Source: the human T2T-CHM13v2.0 reference genome, Homo sapiens. From it: a DNA stretch of 64,000 bases. Below the pieces are notes generated by a model. The model did not search any database. It worked only from the letters and a program-made list of their open reading frames with translations, and was not told where the DNA came from. The stretch's first letter is position 1, and every line of letters begins with the position of its first letter. Where the stretch lies: NCBI RefSeq assembly GCF_009914755.1, contig NC_060944.1; one strand, given 5' to 3'. This document shows, one piece after another, positions 27,338 through 42,000 of this stretch. The translations under genes were made by a program, and so were the position numbers.

Positions 27338-30054
27338 CATTCTCAGAAACTTATCTGTGATGTATGTACTCAACTAACAGAACTAAACCATCGTTTTGAA
27401 GGAGCAGTTTTGAAACACTCTTTTTGCGGAATCTGCAAGTGGATATTTGGCTAGCTGGGAGGATTTCGTTGGAAACGGGATTACATACAAAAAGCAGACA
27501 GCAGCATTCTCAGAAACTTCTTTGTGATGTTTGCATTCAAGTCACAGAGTTGAACATTCCCTTTCATAGAGCAGGTTTGAAACACTCTTTTTGTAGTATC
27601 TGGATGTGGACATTTGGATCGCTTTCAGGCCTATGGTGAAAAAGGAAATATCTTCCCATGAAAACTAGACAGAAGCATTCTCAGAAACTTATTTGTGATG
27701 TGTGCCCTCAACTGACAGTGTTGAACCTTTGTTTTGATAGAGCAGTTCTGAAACACACTTTTTGTAAAATCTGCAAGAGGATATTTGGATAGCTTTGAGG
27801 ATTTCGTTGGAAACGGGAATGTCTTCATGTAAACTCTAGACAGAAGCATTCTCAGAAACTGCTTTGGGATGTTTCAATTGAAGTCCCAGTGTTGAACATT
27901 CCCATTCATAGAGCAGGTTTGAAACACTCTTTTTGTACTATCTGGAAGTGGACATTTGGAGCGCTTTCAGGTCTACGGTGAAAAAGGAGATATCTTCCAA
28001 TAAAAACTAGATAGAAGCAATGTCAGAACTTTTTTCATGATGTATCTACTCAGCAAACAGAGTTGAACCTTTCTTTTGAGAGAGCAGTTTTGAAACACTC
28101 TTTTTGTGGAATATGCAAGTGGGTATTAGGCCAGCTTGGAGGATTTCGTTGGAAACGGGAATACGTATAAAAAGCAGACAGCAGCATTGTCAGAAACTAC
28201 TTTGTGATGTTTGCATTCAAGTCACAGAATTGAACACTCCCTTTCACAGAGCAGGTTTGAAACACTCTTTTTGTAGTGTCTGTAAGTGAACATTTGGATT
28301 GCTTTCAGGCCTAAGGTGAAAAAGGAAATATCTTCCCATAAAAACTAGACAGAAGCATTCTCAGAAACTTGTTTGTGATGTGTGCCCTCTACTGACAGAG
28401 TTGAACCTTTCTTTGCAAAGAGCAGTTTTGAAACACTCTTTTTGTAGAATCTGCAAGAGGATATTTGGATAGCTTTGAGGATTTCTTGGGAAACGGGAAT
28501 GTCTTCAGATAAACTCTAGACAGAAGCATTCTCAGAAACTTCTTTGGGATGTTTCAATTGAAGTCACAGTGTTGAACATTCCCTTTCACAGAGCAGGTTT
28601 GAAACACTCTTTTTGTAGTGTCTATAAGTGAACATTTGGCGTGCTTTCAGGTCTAACGTGAAAAAGGAAATATCTTCCCATAAAAACTAGACAGAAGCAT
28701 TCTCAGAAACTTGTTCTTGATGTGTGCCCTCTACTGACAGAGTTGAACCTTTCTTTGCAAAGAGCAGCTTTGAAACACTCTTTTTGTAGAATCTGCAAGA
28801 GGATATTTGGATAGCTTGGAGGATTTCGTTGGAAACGAGTATGTCTTCAGATAAACTCTAGACAGAAGCATTCTCAGAAACTTCTTTGGGATGTTGCATT
28901 CAAGTCACAGAGTAGAACATTCCCATTCATAGAGCAGATTTGAAACACTCTTTTTGTAGTATCTGGAAGTGGACATTTGGAGCGCTTTCAGGCCTATGTT
29001 GAAAAAGGAAATATCTTCCCATAAAAACTAGACGGAAGCATTCTCAGAAACTTATTTGTGATGTGTTTGCTCAACTAACAGGATTGAACCATCGTTTTGA
29101 AGGAGCAGTTTTGAAACACTGTTTTCGTGGAATCTGCAAGTGGATATTTGGCTAGCTTTGAGGATTTCGTTGGAAACGGGATTACATATAAAAAGGAGAC
29201 AGCAGCATTCTCAGAAACTTCTTTGTGATGTCTGCATTCAATTCACAGAGTTGAGCATTCCCTTTCATAGAGCAGGTTGGAAACACTCTTTGTAGTATCT
29301 GGATGAGGACATTTGGAGCGCTTTCAGGCGTATGGTGAAAAAGGAAATATCTTCCCGTAAAAACTAGACAGAAGCATTCTCAGAAGTTTATTTGTGATGT
29401 GTGCCCTCAACTAACAGAGTTGAACCTTTCTTTTGATAGAGCAGTTTTGAAACACTCTTTTTGTAAAATCTGCAAGAGGATATTTGGATAGCTTTGAGGA
29501 TTTCGTTGCAAACGGGAATGGCTTCATATAAACTCTAGACAGAAGCATTCTCAGAAACTTCGTTGGGATGTTTCGATTGAAGTCCCAGTGTTGAACATTC
29601 CCTTTTATAGAGCAGGTTGGAAACACTCTTTCTGCATTCCCTGGAAGTGGACATTTGGAGCGCTTTCAGGACGACGGTGAAAATGGAAATATCTTCCAAG
29701 AAAATCTAGATAGAAGCAATGTCAGAAACTTTTATGTGATGGATCTACTCAGCTAACAGAGTTGAACCTTTCTTTTGAGAGAACAGTTTTGCAACACTCT
29801 TTTTGTGGAATATGCAAGTGGATATTAGGGCAGCTTTGAGGATTTCGTTGGAAACGGGAATACATGTAAAAAGCAGACAGCAGCATTCTCAGAAACTTCT
29901 TTGTGATGTTTGCATTGAAGTCACAGAGTTGAACATTCCCTTTGAGAGAGCAGGTTTGAAACACGCCTTTTGTCATATCTGGAAGTGTCCATTCGGAGCG
30001 CATTCAGGCTTGTGTTGAAAAAGGAAATATCCTCCCATAAAAACTAGACAGAAG
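27338..30054 (+). repeat. HOR copy 11, 2717-bp length variant (2-bp deletion in monomer 12)
   Basis: CACTCTTTGTAG at about 29289-29291 replaces CACTCTTTTTGTAG. ORF spacing 27424 to 30141 is 2717. Confidence 0.95.
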
Positions 30055-33000
30055 CATTCTCAGAAACTTATCTGTGATGTATGTACTCAACTAACAGAAC
30101 TAAACCATCGTTTTGAAGGAGCAGTTTTGAAACACTCTTTTTGCGGAATCTGCAAGTGGATATTTGGCTAGCTGGGAGGATTTCGTTGGAAACGGGATTA
30201 CATACAAAAAGCAGACAGCAGCATTCTCAGAAACTTCTTTGTGATGTTTGCATTCAAGTCACAGAGTTGAACATTCCCTTTCATAGAGCAGGTTTGAAAC
30301 ACTCTTTTTGTAGTATCTGGATGTGGACATTTGGATCGCTTTCAGGCCTATGGTGAAAAAGGAAATATCTTCCCATGAAAACTAGACAGAAGCATTCTCA
30401 GAAACTTATTTGTGATGTGTGCCCTCAACTGACAGTGTTGAACCTTTGTTTTGATAGAGCAGTTCTGAAACACACTTTTTGTAAAATCTGCAAGAGGATA
30501 TTTGGATAGCTTTGAGGATTTCGTTGGAAACGGGAATGTCTTCATGTAAACTCTAGACAGAAGCATTCTCAGAAACTGCTTTGGGATGTTTCAATTGAAG
30601 TCCCAGTGTTGAACATTCCCATTCATAGAGCAGGTTTGAAACACTCTTTTTGTACTATCTGGAAGTGGACATTTGGAGCGCTTTCAGGTCTACGGTGAAA
30701 AAGGAGATATCTTCCAATAAAAACTAGATAGAAGCAATGTCAGAACTTTTTTCATGATGTATCTACTCAGCAAACAGAGTTGAACCTTTCTTTTGAGAGA
30801 GCAGTTTTGAAACACTCTTTTTGTGGAATATGCAAGTGGGTATTAGGCCAGCTTGGAGGATTTCGTTGGAAACGGGAATACGTATAAAAAGCAGACAGCA
30901 GCATTGTCAGAAACTACTTTGTGATGTTTGCATTCAAGTCACAGAATTGAACACTCCCTTTCACAGAGCAGGTTTGAAACACTCTTTTTGTAGTGTCTGT
31001 AAGTGAACATTTGGATTGCTTTCAGGCCTAAGGTGAAAAAGGAAATATCTTCCCATAAAAACTAGACAGAAGCATTCTCAGAAACTTGTTTGTGATGTGT
31101 GCCCTCTACTGACAGAGTTGAACCTTTCTTTGCAAAGAGCAGTTTTGAAACACTCTTTTTGTAGAATCTGCAAGAGGATATTTGGATAGCTTTGAGGATT
31201 TCTTGGGAAACGGGAATGTCTTCAGATAAACTCTAGACAGAAGCATTCTCAGAAACTTCTTTGGGATGTTTCAATTGAAGTCACAGTGTTGAACATTCCC
31301 TTTCACAGAGCAGGTTTGAAACACTCTTTTTGTAGTGTCTATAAGTGAACATTTGGCGTGCTTTCAGGCCTAACGTGAAAAAGGAAATATCTTCCCATAA
31401 AAACTAGACAGAAGCATTCTCAGAAACTTGTTCTTGATGTGTGCCCTCTACTGACAGAGTTGAACCTTTCTTTGCAAAGAGCAGCTTTGAAACACTCTTT
31501 TTGTAGAATCTGCAAGAGGATATTTGGATAGCTTGGAGGATTTCGTTGGAAACGGGTATGTCTTCAGATAAACTCTAGACAGAAGCATTCTCAGAAACTT
31601 CTTTGGGATGTTGCATTCAAGTCACAGAGTAGAACATTCCCATTCATAGAGCAGATTTGAAACACTCTTTTTGTAGTATCTGGAAGTGGACATTTGGAGC
31701 GCTTTCAGGCCTATGTTGAAAAAGGAAATATCTTCCCATAAAAACTAGACGGAAGCATTCTCAGAAACTTATTTGTGATGTGTTTGCTCAACTAACAGGA
31801 TTGAACCATCGTTTTGAAGGAGCAGTTTTGAAACACTGTTTTCGTGGAATCTGCAAGTGGATATTTGGCTAGCTTTGAGGATTTCGTTGGAAACGGGATT
31901 ACATATAAAAAGGAGACAGCAGCATTCTCAGAAACTTCTTTGTGATGTCTGCATTCAATTCACAGAGTTGAGCATTCCCTTTCATAGAGCAGGTTGGAAA
32001 CACTCTTTTTGTAGTATCTGGATGAGGACATTTGGAGCGCTTTCAGGCGTATGGTGAAAAAGGAAATATCTTCCCGTAAAAACTAGACAGAAGCATTCTC
32101 AGAAGTTTATTTGTGATGTGTGCCCTCAACTAACAGAGTTGAACCTTTCTTTTGATAGAGCAGTTTTGAAACACTCTTTTTGTAAAATCTGCAAGAGGAT
32201 ATTTGGATAGCTTTGAGGATTTCGTTGCAAACGGGAATGGCTTCATATAAACTCTAGACAGAAGCATTCTCAGAAACTTCGTTGGGATGTTTCGATTGAA
32301 GTCCCAGTGTTGAACATTCCCTTTTATAGAGCAGGTTGGAAACACTCTTTCTGCATTCCCTGGAAGTGGACATTTGGAGCGCTTTCAGGACGACGGTGAA
32401 AATGGAAATATCTTCCAAGAAAATCTAGATAGAAGCAATGTCAGAAACTTTTATGTGATGGATCTACTCAGCTAACAGAGTTGAACCTTTCTTTTGAGAG
32501 AGCAGTTTTGCAACACTCTTTTTGTGGAATATGCAAGTGGATATTAGGGCAGCTTTGAGGATTTCGTTGGAAACGGGAATACATGTAAAAAGCAGACAGC
32601 AGCATTCTCAGAAACTTCTTTGTGATGTTTGCATTGAAGTCACAGAGTTGAACATTCCCTTTGAGAGAGCAGGTTTGAAACACGCCTTTTGTCATATCTG
32701 GAAGTGTCCATTCGGAGCGCATTCAGGCTTGTGTTGAAAAAGGAAATATCCTCCCATAAAAACTAGACAGAAGCATTCTCAGAAACTTATCTGTGATGTA
32801 TGTACTCAACTAACAGAACTAAACCATCGTTTTGAAGGAGCAGTTTTGAAACACTCTTTTTGCGGAATCTGCAAGTGGATATTTGGCTAGCTGGGAGGAT
32901 TTCATTGGAAACGGGATTACATACAAAAAGCAGAGAGCAGCATTCTCAGAAACTTCTTTGTGATGTTTGCATTCAAGTCACAGAGTTGAACATTCCCTTT

Positions 33001-36000
33001 CATAGAGCAGGTTTGAAACACTCTTTTTGTAGTATCTGGATGTGGACATTTGGATCGCTTTCAGGCCTATGGTGAAAAAGGAAATATCTTCCCATGAAAA
33101 CTAGACAGAAGCATTCTCAGAAACTTATTTGTGATGTGTGCCCTCAACTGACAGTGTTGAACCTTTGTTTTGATAGAGCAGTTCTGAAACACACTTTTTG
33201 TAAAATCTGCAAGAGGATATTTGGATAGCTTTGAGGATTTCGTTGGAAACGGGAATGTCTTCATGTAAACTCTAGACAGAAGCATTCTCAGAAACTGCTT
33301 TGGGATGTTTCAATTGAAGTCCCAGTGTTGAACATTCCCATTCATAGAGCAGGTTTGAAACACTCTTTTTGTACTATCTGGAAGTGGACATTTGGAGCGC
33401 TTTCAGGTCTACGGTGAAAAAGGAGATATCTTCCAATAAAAACTAGATAGAAGCAATGTCAGAACTCTTTTCATGATGTATCTACTCAGCAAACAGAGTT
33501 GAACCTTTCTTTTGAGAGAGCAGTTTTGAAACACTCTTTTTGTGGAATATGCAAGTGGGTATTAGGCCAGCTTGGAGGATTTCGTTGGAAACGGGAATAC
33601 GTATAAAAAGCAGACAGCAGCATTGTCAGAAACTACTTTGTGATGTTTGCATTCAAGTCACAGAATTGAACACTCCCTTTCACAGAGCAGGTTTGAAACA
33701 CTCTTTTTGTAGTGTCTGTAAGTGAACATTTGGATTGCTTTCAGGCCTAAGGTGAAAAAGGAAATATCTTCCCATAAAAACTAGACAGAAGCATTCTCAG
33801 AAACTTGTTTGTGATGTGTGCCCTCTACTGACAGAGTTGAACCTTTCTTTGCAAAGAGCAGTTTTGAAACACTCTTTTTGTAGAATCTGCAAGAGGATAT
33901 TTGGATAGCTTTGAGGATTTCTTGGGAAACGGGAATGTCTTCAGATAAACTCTAGACAGAAGCATTCTCAGAAACTTCTTTGGGATGTTTCAATTGAAGT
34001 CACAGTGTTGAACATTCCCTTTCACAGAGCAGGTTTGAAACACTCTTTTTGTAGTGTCTATAAGTGAACATTTGGCGTGCTTTCAGGCCTAACGTGAAAA
34101 AGGAAATATCTTCCCATAAAAACTAGACAGAAGCATTCTCAGAAACTTGTTCTTGATGTGTCCCCTCTACTGACAGAGTTGAACCTTTCTTTGCAAAGAG
34201 CAGCTTTGAAACACTCTTTTTGTAGAATCTGCAAGAGGATATTTGGATAGCTTGGAGGATTTCGTTGGAAACGGGTATGTCTTCAGATAAACTCTAGACA
34301 GAAGCATTCTCAGAAACTTCTTTGGGATGTTGCATTCAAGTCACAGAGTAGAACATTCCCATTCATAGAGCAGATTTGAAACACTCTTTTTGTAGTATCT
34401 GGAAGTGGACATTTGGAGCGCTTTCAGGCCTATGTTGAAAAAGGAAATGTCTTCCCATAAAAACTAGACGGAAGCATTCTCAGAAACTTATTTGTGATGT
34501 GTTTGCTCAACTAACAGGATTGAACCATCGTTTTGAAGGAGCAGTTTTGAAACACTGTTTTCGTGGAATCTGCAAGTGGATATTTGGCTAGCTTTGAGGA
34601 TTTCGTTGGAAACGGGATTACATATAAAAAGGAGACAGCAGCATTCTCAGAAACTTCTTTGTGATGTCTGCATTCAATTCACAGAGTTGAGCATTCCCTT
34701 TCATAGAGCAGGTTGGAAACACTCTTTTTGTAGTATCTGGATGAGGACATTTGGAGCGCTTTCAGGCGTATGGTGAAAAAGGAAATATCTTCCCGTAAAA
34801 ACTAGACAGAAGCATTCTCAGAAGTTTATTTGTGATGTGTGCCCTCAACTAACAGAGTTGAACCTTTCTTTTGATAGAGCAGTTTTGAAACACTCTTTTT
34901 GTAAAATCTGCAAGAGGATATTTGGATAGCTTTGAGGATTTCGTTGCAAACGGGAATGGCTTCATATAAACTCTAGACAGAAGCATTCTCAGAAACTTCG
35001 TTGGGATGTTTCGATTGAAGTCCCAGTGTTGAACATTCCCTTTTATAGAGCAGGTTGGAAACACTCTTTCTGCATTCCCTGGAAGTGGACATTTGGAGCG
35101 CTTTCAGGACGACGGTGAAAATGGAAATATCTTCCAAGAAAATCTAGATAGAAGCAACGTCAGAAACTTTTATGTGATGGATCTACTCAGCTAACAGAGT
35201 TGAACCTTTCTTTTGAGAGAGCAGTTTTGCAACACTCTTTTTGTGGAATATGCAAGTGGATATTAGGGCAGCTTTGAGGATTTCGTTGGAAACGGGAATA
35301 CATGTAAAAAGCAGACAGCAGCATTCTCAGAAACTTCTTTGTGATGTTTGCATTGAAGTCACAGAGTTGAACATTCCCTTTGAGAGAGCAGGTTTGAAAC
35401 ACGCCTTTTGTCATATCTGGAAGTGTCCATTCGGAGCGCATTCAGGCTTGTGTTGAAAAAGGAAATATCCTCCCATAAAAACTAGACAGAAGCATTCTCA
35501 GAAACTTATCTGTGATGTATGTACTCAACTAACAGAACTAAACCATCGTTTTGAAGGAGCAGTTTTGAAACACTCTTTTTGCGGAATCTGCAAGTGGATA
35601 TTTGGCTAGCTGGGAGGATTTCGTTGGAAACGGGATTACATACAAAAAGCAGAGAGCAGCATTCTCAGAAACTTCTTTGTGATGTTTGCATTCAAGTCAC
35701 AGAGTTGAACATTCCCTTTCATAGAGCAGGTTTGAAACACTCTTTTTGTAGTATCTGGATGTGGACATTTGGATCGCTTTCAGGCCTATGGTGAAAAAGG
35801 AAATATCTTCCCATGAAAACTAGACAGAAGCATTCTCAGAAACTTATTTGTGATGTGTGCCCTCAACTGACAGTGTTGAACCTTTGTTTTGATAGAGCAG
35901 TTCTGAAACACACTTTTTGTAAAATCTGCAAGAGGATATTTGGATAGCTTTGAGGATTTCGTTGGAAACGGGAATGTCTTCATGTAAACTCTAGACAGAA

Positions 36001-39000
36001 GCATTCTCAGAAACTGCTTTGGGATGTTTCAATTGAAGTCCCAGTGTTGAACATTCCCATTCATAGAGCAGGTTTGAAACACTCTTTTTGTACTATCTGG
36101 AAGTGGACATTTGGAGCGCTTTCAGGTCTACGGTGAAAAAGGAGATATCTTCCAATAAAAACTAGATAGAAGCAATGTCAGAACTCTTTTCATGATGTAT
36201 CTACTCAGCAAACAGAGTTGAACCTTTCTTTTGAGAGAGCAGTTTTGAAACACTCTTTTTGTGGAATATGCAAGTGGGTATTAGGCCAGCTTGGAGGATT
36301 TCGTTGGAAACGGGAATACGTATAAAAAGCAGACAGCAGCATTGTCAGAAACTACTTTGTGATGTTTGCATTCAAGTCACAGAATTGAACACTCCCTTTC
36401 ACAGAGCAGGTTTGAAACACTCTTTTTGTAGTGTCTGTAAGTGAACATTTGGATTGCTTTCAGGCCTAAGGTGAAAAAGGAAATATCTTCCCATAAAAAC
36501 TAGACAGAAGCATTCTCAGAAACTTGTTTGTGATGTGTGCCCTCTACTGACAGAGTTGAACCTTTCTTTGCAAAGAGCAGTTTTGAAACACTCTTTTTGT
36601 AGAATCTGCAAGAGGATATTTGGATAGCTTTGAGGATTTCTTGGGAAACGGGAATGTCTTCAGATAAACTCTAGACAGAAGCATTCTCAGAAACTTCTTT
36701 GGGATGTTTCAATTGAAGTCACAGTGTTGAACATTCCCTTTCACAGAGCAGGTTTGAAACACTCTTTTTGTAGTGTCTATAAGTGAACATTTGGCGTGCT
36801 TTCAGGCCTAACGTGAAAAAGGAAATATCTTCCCATAAAAACTAGACAGAAGCATTCTCAGAAACTTGTTCTTGATGTGTGCCCTCTACTGACAGAGTTG
36901 AACCTTTCTTTGCAAAGAGCAGCTTTGAAACACTCTTTTTGTAGAATCTGCAAGAGGATATTTGGATAGCTTGGAGGATTTCGTTGGAAACGGGTATGTC
37001 TTCAGATAAACTCTAGACAGAAGCATTCTCAGAAACTTCTTTGGGATGTTGCATTCAAGTCACAGAGTAGAACATTCCCATTCATAGAGCAGATTTGAAA
37101 CACTCTTTTTGTAGTATCTGGAAGTGGACATTTGGAGCGCTTTCAGGCCTATGTTGAAAAAGGAAATATCTTCCCATAAAAACTAGACGGAAGCATTCTC
37201 AGAAACTTATTTGTGATGTGTTTGCTCAACTAACAGGATTGAACCATCGTTTTGAAGGAGCAGTTTTGAAACACTGTTTTCGTGGAATCTGCAAGTGGAT
37301 ATTTGGCTAGCTTTGAGGATTTCGTTGGAAACGGGATTACATATAAAAAGGAGACAGCAGCATTCTCAGAAACTTCTTTGTGATGTCTGCATTCAATTCA
37401 CAGAGTTGAGCATTCCCTTTCATAGAGCAGGTTGGAAACACTCTTTTTGTAGTATCTGGATGAGGACATTTGGAGCGCTTTCAGGCGTATGGTGAAAAAG
37501 GAAATATCTTCCCGTAAAAACTAGACAGAAGCATTCTCAGAAGTTTATTTGTGATGTGTGCCCTCAACTAACAGAGTTGAACCTTTCTTTTGATAGAGCA
37601 GTTTTGAAACACTCTTTTTGTAAAATCTGCAAGAGGATATTTGGATAGCTTTGAGGATTTCGTTGCAAACGGGAATGGCTTCATATAAACTCTAGACAGA
37701 AGCATTCTCAGAAACTTCGTTGGGATGTTTCGATTGAAGTCCCAGTGTTGAACATTCCCTTTTATAGAGCAGGTTGGAAACACTCTTTCTGCATTCCCTG
37801 GAAGTGGACATTTGGAGCGCTTTCAGGACGACGGTGAAAATGGAAATATCTTCCAAGAAAATCTAGATAGAAGCAATGTCAGAAACTTTTATGTGATGGA
37901 TCTACTCAGCTAACAGAGTTGAACCTTTCTTTTGAGAGAGCAGTTTTGCAACACTCTTTTTGTGGAATATGCAAGTGGATATTAGGGCAGCTTTGAGGAT
38001 TTCGTTGGAAACGGGAATACATGTAAAAAGCAGACAGCAGCATTCTCAGAAACTTCTTTGTGATGTTTGCATTGAAGTCACAGAGTTGAACATTCCCTTT
38101 GAGAGAGCAGGTTTGAAACACGCCTTTTGTCATATCTGGAAGTGTCCATTCGGAGCGCATTCAGGCTTGTGTTGAAAAAGGAAATATCCTCCCATAAAAA
38201 CTAGACAGAAGCATTCTCAGAAACTTATCTGTGATGTATGTACTCAACTAACAGAACTAAACCATCGTTTTGAAGGAGCAGTTTTGAAACACTCTTTTTG
38301 CGGAATCTGCAAGTGGATATTTGGCTAGCTGGGAGGATTTCATTGGAAACGGGATTACATACAAAAAGCAGAGAGCAGCATTCTCAGAAACTTCTTTGTG
38401 ATGTTTGCATTCAAGTCACAGAGTTGAACATTCCCTTTCATAGAGCAGGTTTGAAACACTCTTTTTGTAGTATCTGGATGTGGACATTTGGATCGCTTTC
38501 AGGCCTATGGTGAAAAAGGAAATATCTTCCCATGAAAACTAGACAGAAGCATTCTCAGAAACTTATTTGTGATGTGTGCCCTCAACTGACAGTGTTGAAC
38601 CTTTGTTTTGATAGAGCAGTTCTGAAACACACTTTTTGTAAAATCTGCAAGAGGATATTTGGATAGCTTTGAGGATTTCGTTGGAAACGGGAATGTCTTC
38701 ATGTAAACTCTAGACAGAAGCATTCTCAGAAACTGCTTTGGGATGTTTCAATTGAAGTCCCAGTGTTGAACATTCCCATTCATAGAGCAGGTTTGAAACA
38801 CTCTTTTTGTACTATCTGGAAGTGGACATTTGGAGCGCTTTCAGGTCTACGGTGAAAAAGGAGATATCTTCCAATAAAAACTAGATAGAAGCAATGTCAG
38901 AACTCTTTTCATGATGTATCTACTCAGCAAACAGAGTTGAACCTTTCTTTTGAGAGAGCAGTTTTGAAACACTCTTTTTGTGGAATATGCAAGTGGGTAT

Positions 39001-42000
39001 TAGGCCAGCTTGGAGGATTTCGTTGGAAACGGGAATACGTATAAAAAGCAGACAGCAGCATTGTCAGAAACTACTTTGTGATGTTTGCATTCAAGTCACA
39101 GAATTGAACACTCCCTTTCACAGAGCAGGTTTGAAACACTCTTTTTGTAGTGTCTGTAAGTGAACATTTGGATTGCTTTCAGGCCTAAGGTGAAAAAGGA
39201 AATATCTTCCCATAAAAACTAGACAGAAGCATTCTCAGAAACTTGTTTGTGATGTGTGCCCTCTACTGACAGAGTTGAACCTTTCTTTGCAAAGAGCAGT
39301 TTTGAAACACTCTTTTTGTAGAATCTGCAAGAGGATATTTGGATAGCTTTGAGGATTTCTTGGGAAACGGGAATGTCTTCAGATAAACTCTAGACAGAAG
39401 CATTCTCAGAAACTTCTTTGGGATGTTTCAATTGAAGTCACAGTGTTGAACATTCCCTTTCACAGAGCAGGTTTGAAACACTCTTTTTGTAGTGTCTATA
39501 AGTGAACATTTGGCGTGCTTTCAGGCCTAACGTGAAAAAGGAAATATCTTCCCATAAAAACTAGACAGAAGCATTCTCAGAAACTTGTTCTTGATGTGTC
39601 CCCTCTACTGACAGAGTTGAACCTTTCTTTGCAAAGAGCAGCTTTGAAACACTCTTTTTGTAGAATCTGCAAGAGGATATTTGGATAGCTTGGAGGATTT
39701 CGTTGGAAACGGGTATGTCTTCAGATAAACTCTAGACAGAAGCATTCTCAGAAACTTCTTTGGGATGTTGCATTCAAGTCACAGAGTAGAACATTCCCAT
39801 TCATAGAGCAGATTTGAAACACTCTTTTTGTAGTATCTGGAAGTGGACATTTGGAGCGCTTTCAGGCCTATGTTGAAAAAGGAAATATCTTCCCATAAAA
39901 ACTAGACGGAAGCATTCTCAGAAACTTATTTGTGATGTGTTTGCTCAACTAACAGGATTGAACCATCGTTTTGAAGGAGCAGTTTTGAAACACTGTTTTC
40001 GTGGAATCTGCAAGTGGATATTTGGCTAGCTTTGAGGATTTCGTTGGAAACGGGATTACATATAAAAAGGAGACAGCAGCATTCTCAGAAACTTCTTTGT
40101 GATGTCTGCATTCAATTCACAGAGTTGAGCATTCCCTTTCATAGAGCAGGTTGGAAACACTCTTTTTGTAGTATCTGGATGAGGACATTTGGAGCGCTTT
40201 CAGGCGTATGGTGAAAAAGGAAATATCTTCCCGTAAAAACTAGACAGAAGCATTCTCAGAAGTTTATTTGTGATGTGTGCCCTCAACTAACAGAGTTGAA
40301 CCTTTCTTTTGATAGAGCAGTTTTGAAACACTCTTTTTGTAAAATCTGCAAGAGGATATTTGGATAGCTTTGAGGATTTCGTTGCAAACGGGAATGGCTT
40401 CATATAAACTCTAGACAGAAGCATTCTCAGAAACTTCGTTGGGATGTTTCGATTGAAGTCCCAGTGTTGAACATTCCCTTTTATAGAGCAGGTTGGAAAC
40501 ACTCTTTCTGCATTCCCTGGAAGTGGACATTTGGAGCGCTTTCAGGACGACGGTGAAAATGGAAATATCTTCCAAGAAAATCTAGATAGAAGCAACGTCA
40601 GAAACTTTTATGTGATGGATCTACTCAGCTAACAGAGTTGAACCTTTCTTTTGAGAGAGCAGTTTTGCAACACTCTTTTTGTGGAATATGCAAGTGGATA
40701 TTAGGGCAGCTTTGAGGATTTCGTTGGAAACGGGAATACATGTAAAAAGCAGACAGCAGCATTCTCAGAAACTTCTTTGTGATGTTTGCATTGAAGTCAC
40801 AGAGTTGAACATTCCCTTTGAGAGAGCAGGTTTGAAACACGCCTTTTGTCATATCTGGAAGTGTCCATTCGGAGCGCATTCAGGCTTGTGTTGAAAAAGG
40901 AAATATCCTCCCATAAAAACTAGACAGAAGCATTCTCAGAAACTTATCTGTGATGTATGTACTCAACTAACAGAACTAAACCATCGTTTTGAAGGAGCAG
41001 TTTTGAAACACTCTTTTTGCGGAATCTGCAAGTGGATATTTGGCTAGCTGGGAGGATTTCGTTGGAAACGGGATTACATACAAAAAGCAGAGAGCAGCAT
41101 TCTCAGAAACTTCTTTGTGATGTTTGCATTCAAGTCACAGAGTTGAACATTCCCTTTCATAGAGCAGGTTTGAAACACTCTTTTTGTAGTATCTGGATGT
41201 GGACATTTGGATCGCTTTCAGGCCTATGGTGAAAAAGGAAATATCTTCCCATGAAAACTAGACAGAAGCATTCTCAGAAACTTATTTGTGATGTGTGCCC
41301 TCAACTGACAGTGTTGAACCTTTGTTTTGATAGAGCAGTTCTGAAACACACTTTTTGTAAAATCTGCAAGAGGATATTTGGATAGCTTTGAGGATTTCGT
41401 TGGAAACGGGAATGTCTTCATGTAAACTCTAGACAGAAGCATTCTCAGAAACTGCTTTGGGATGTTTCAATTGAAGTCCCAGTGTTGAACATTCCCATTC
41501 ATAGAGCAGGTTTGAAACACTCTTTTTGTACTATCTGGAAGTGGACATTTGGAGCGCTTTCAGGTCTACGGTGAAAAAGGAGATATCTTCCAATAAAAAC
41601 TAGATAGAAGCAATGTCAGAACTTTTTTCATGATGTATCTACTCAGCAAACAGAGTTGAACCTTTCTTTTGAGAGAGCAGTTTTGAAACACTCTTTTTGT
41701 GGAATATGCAAGTGGGTATTAGGCCAGCTTGGAGGATTTCGTTGGAAACGGGAATACGTATAAAAAGCAGACAGCAGCATTGTCAGAAACTACTTTGTGA
41801 TGTTTGCATTCAAGTCACAGAATTGAACACTCCCTTTCACAGAGCAGGTTTGAAACACTCTTTTTGTAGTTTCTGTAAGTGAACATTTGGATTGCTTTCA
41901 GGCCTAAGGTGAAAAAGGAAATATCTTCCCATAAAAACTAGACAGAAGCATTCTCAGAAACTTGTTTGTGATGTGTGCCCTCTACTGACAGAGTTGAACC

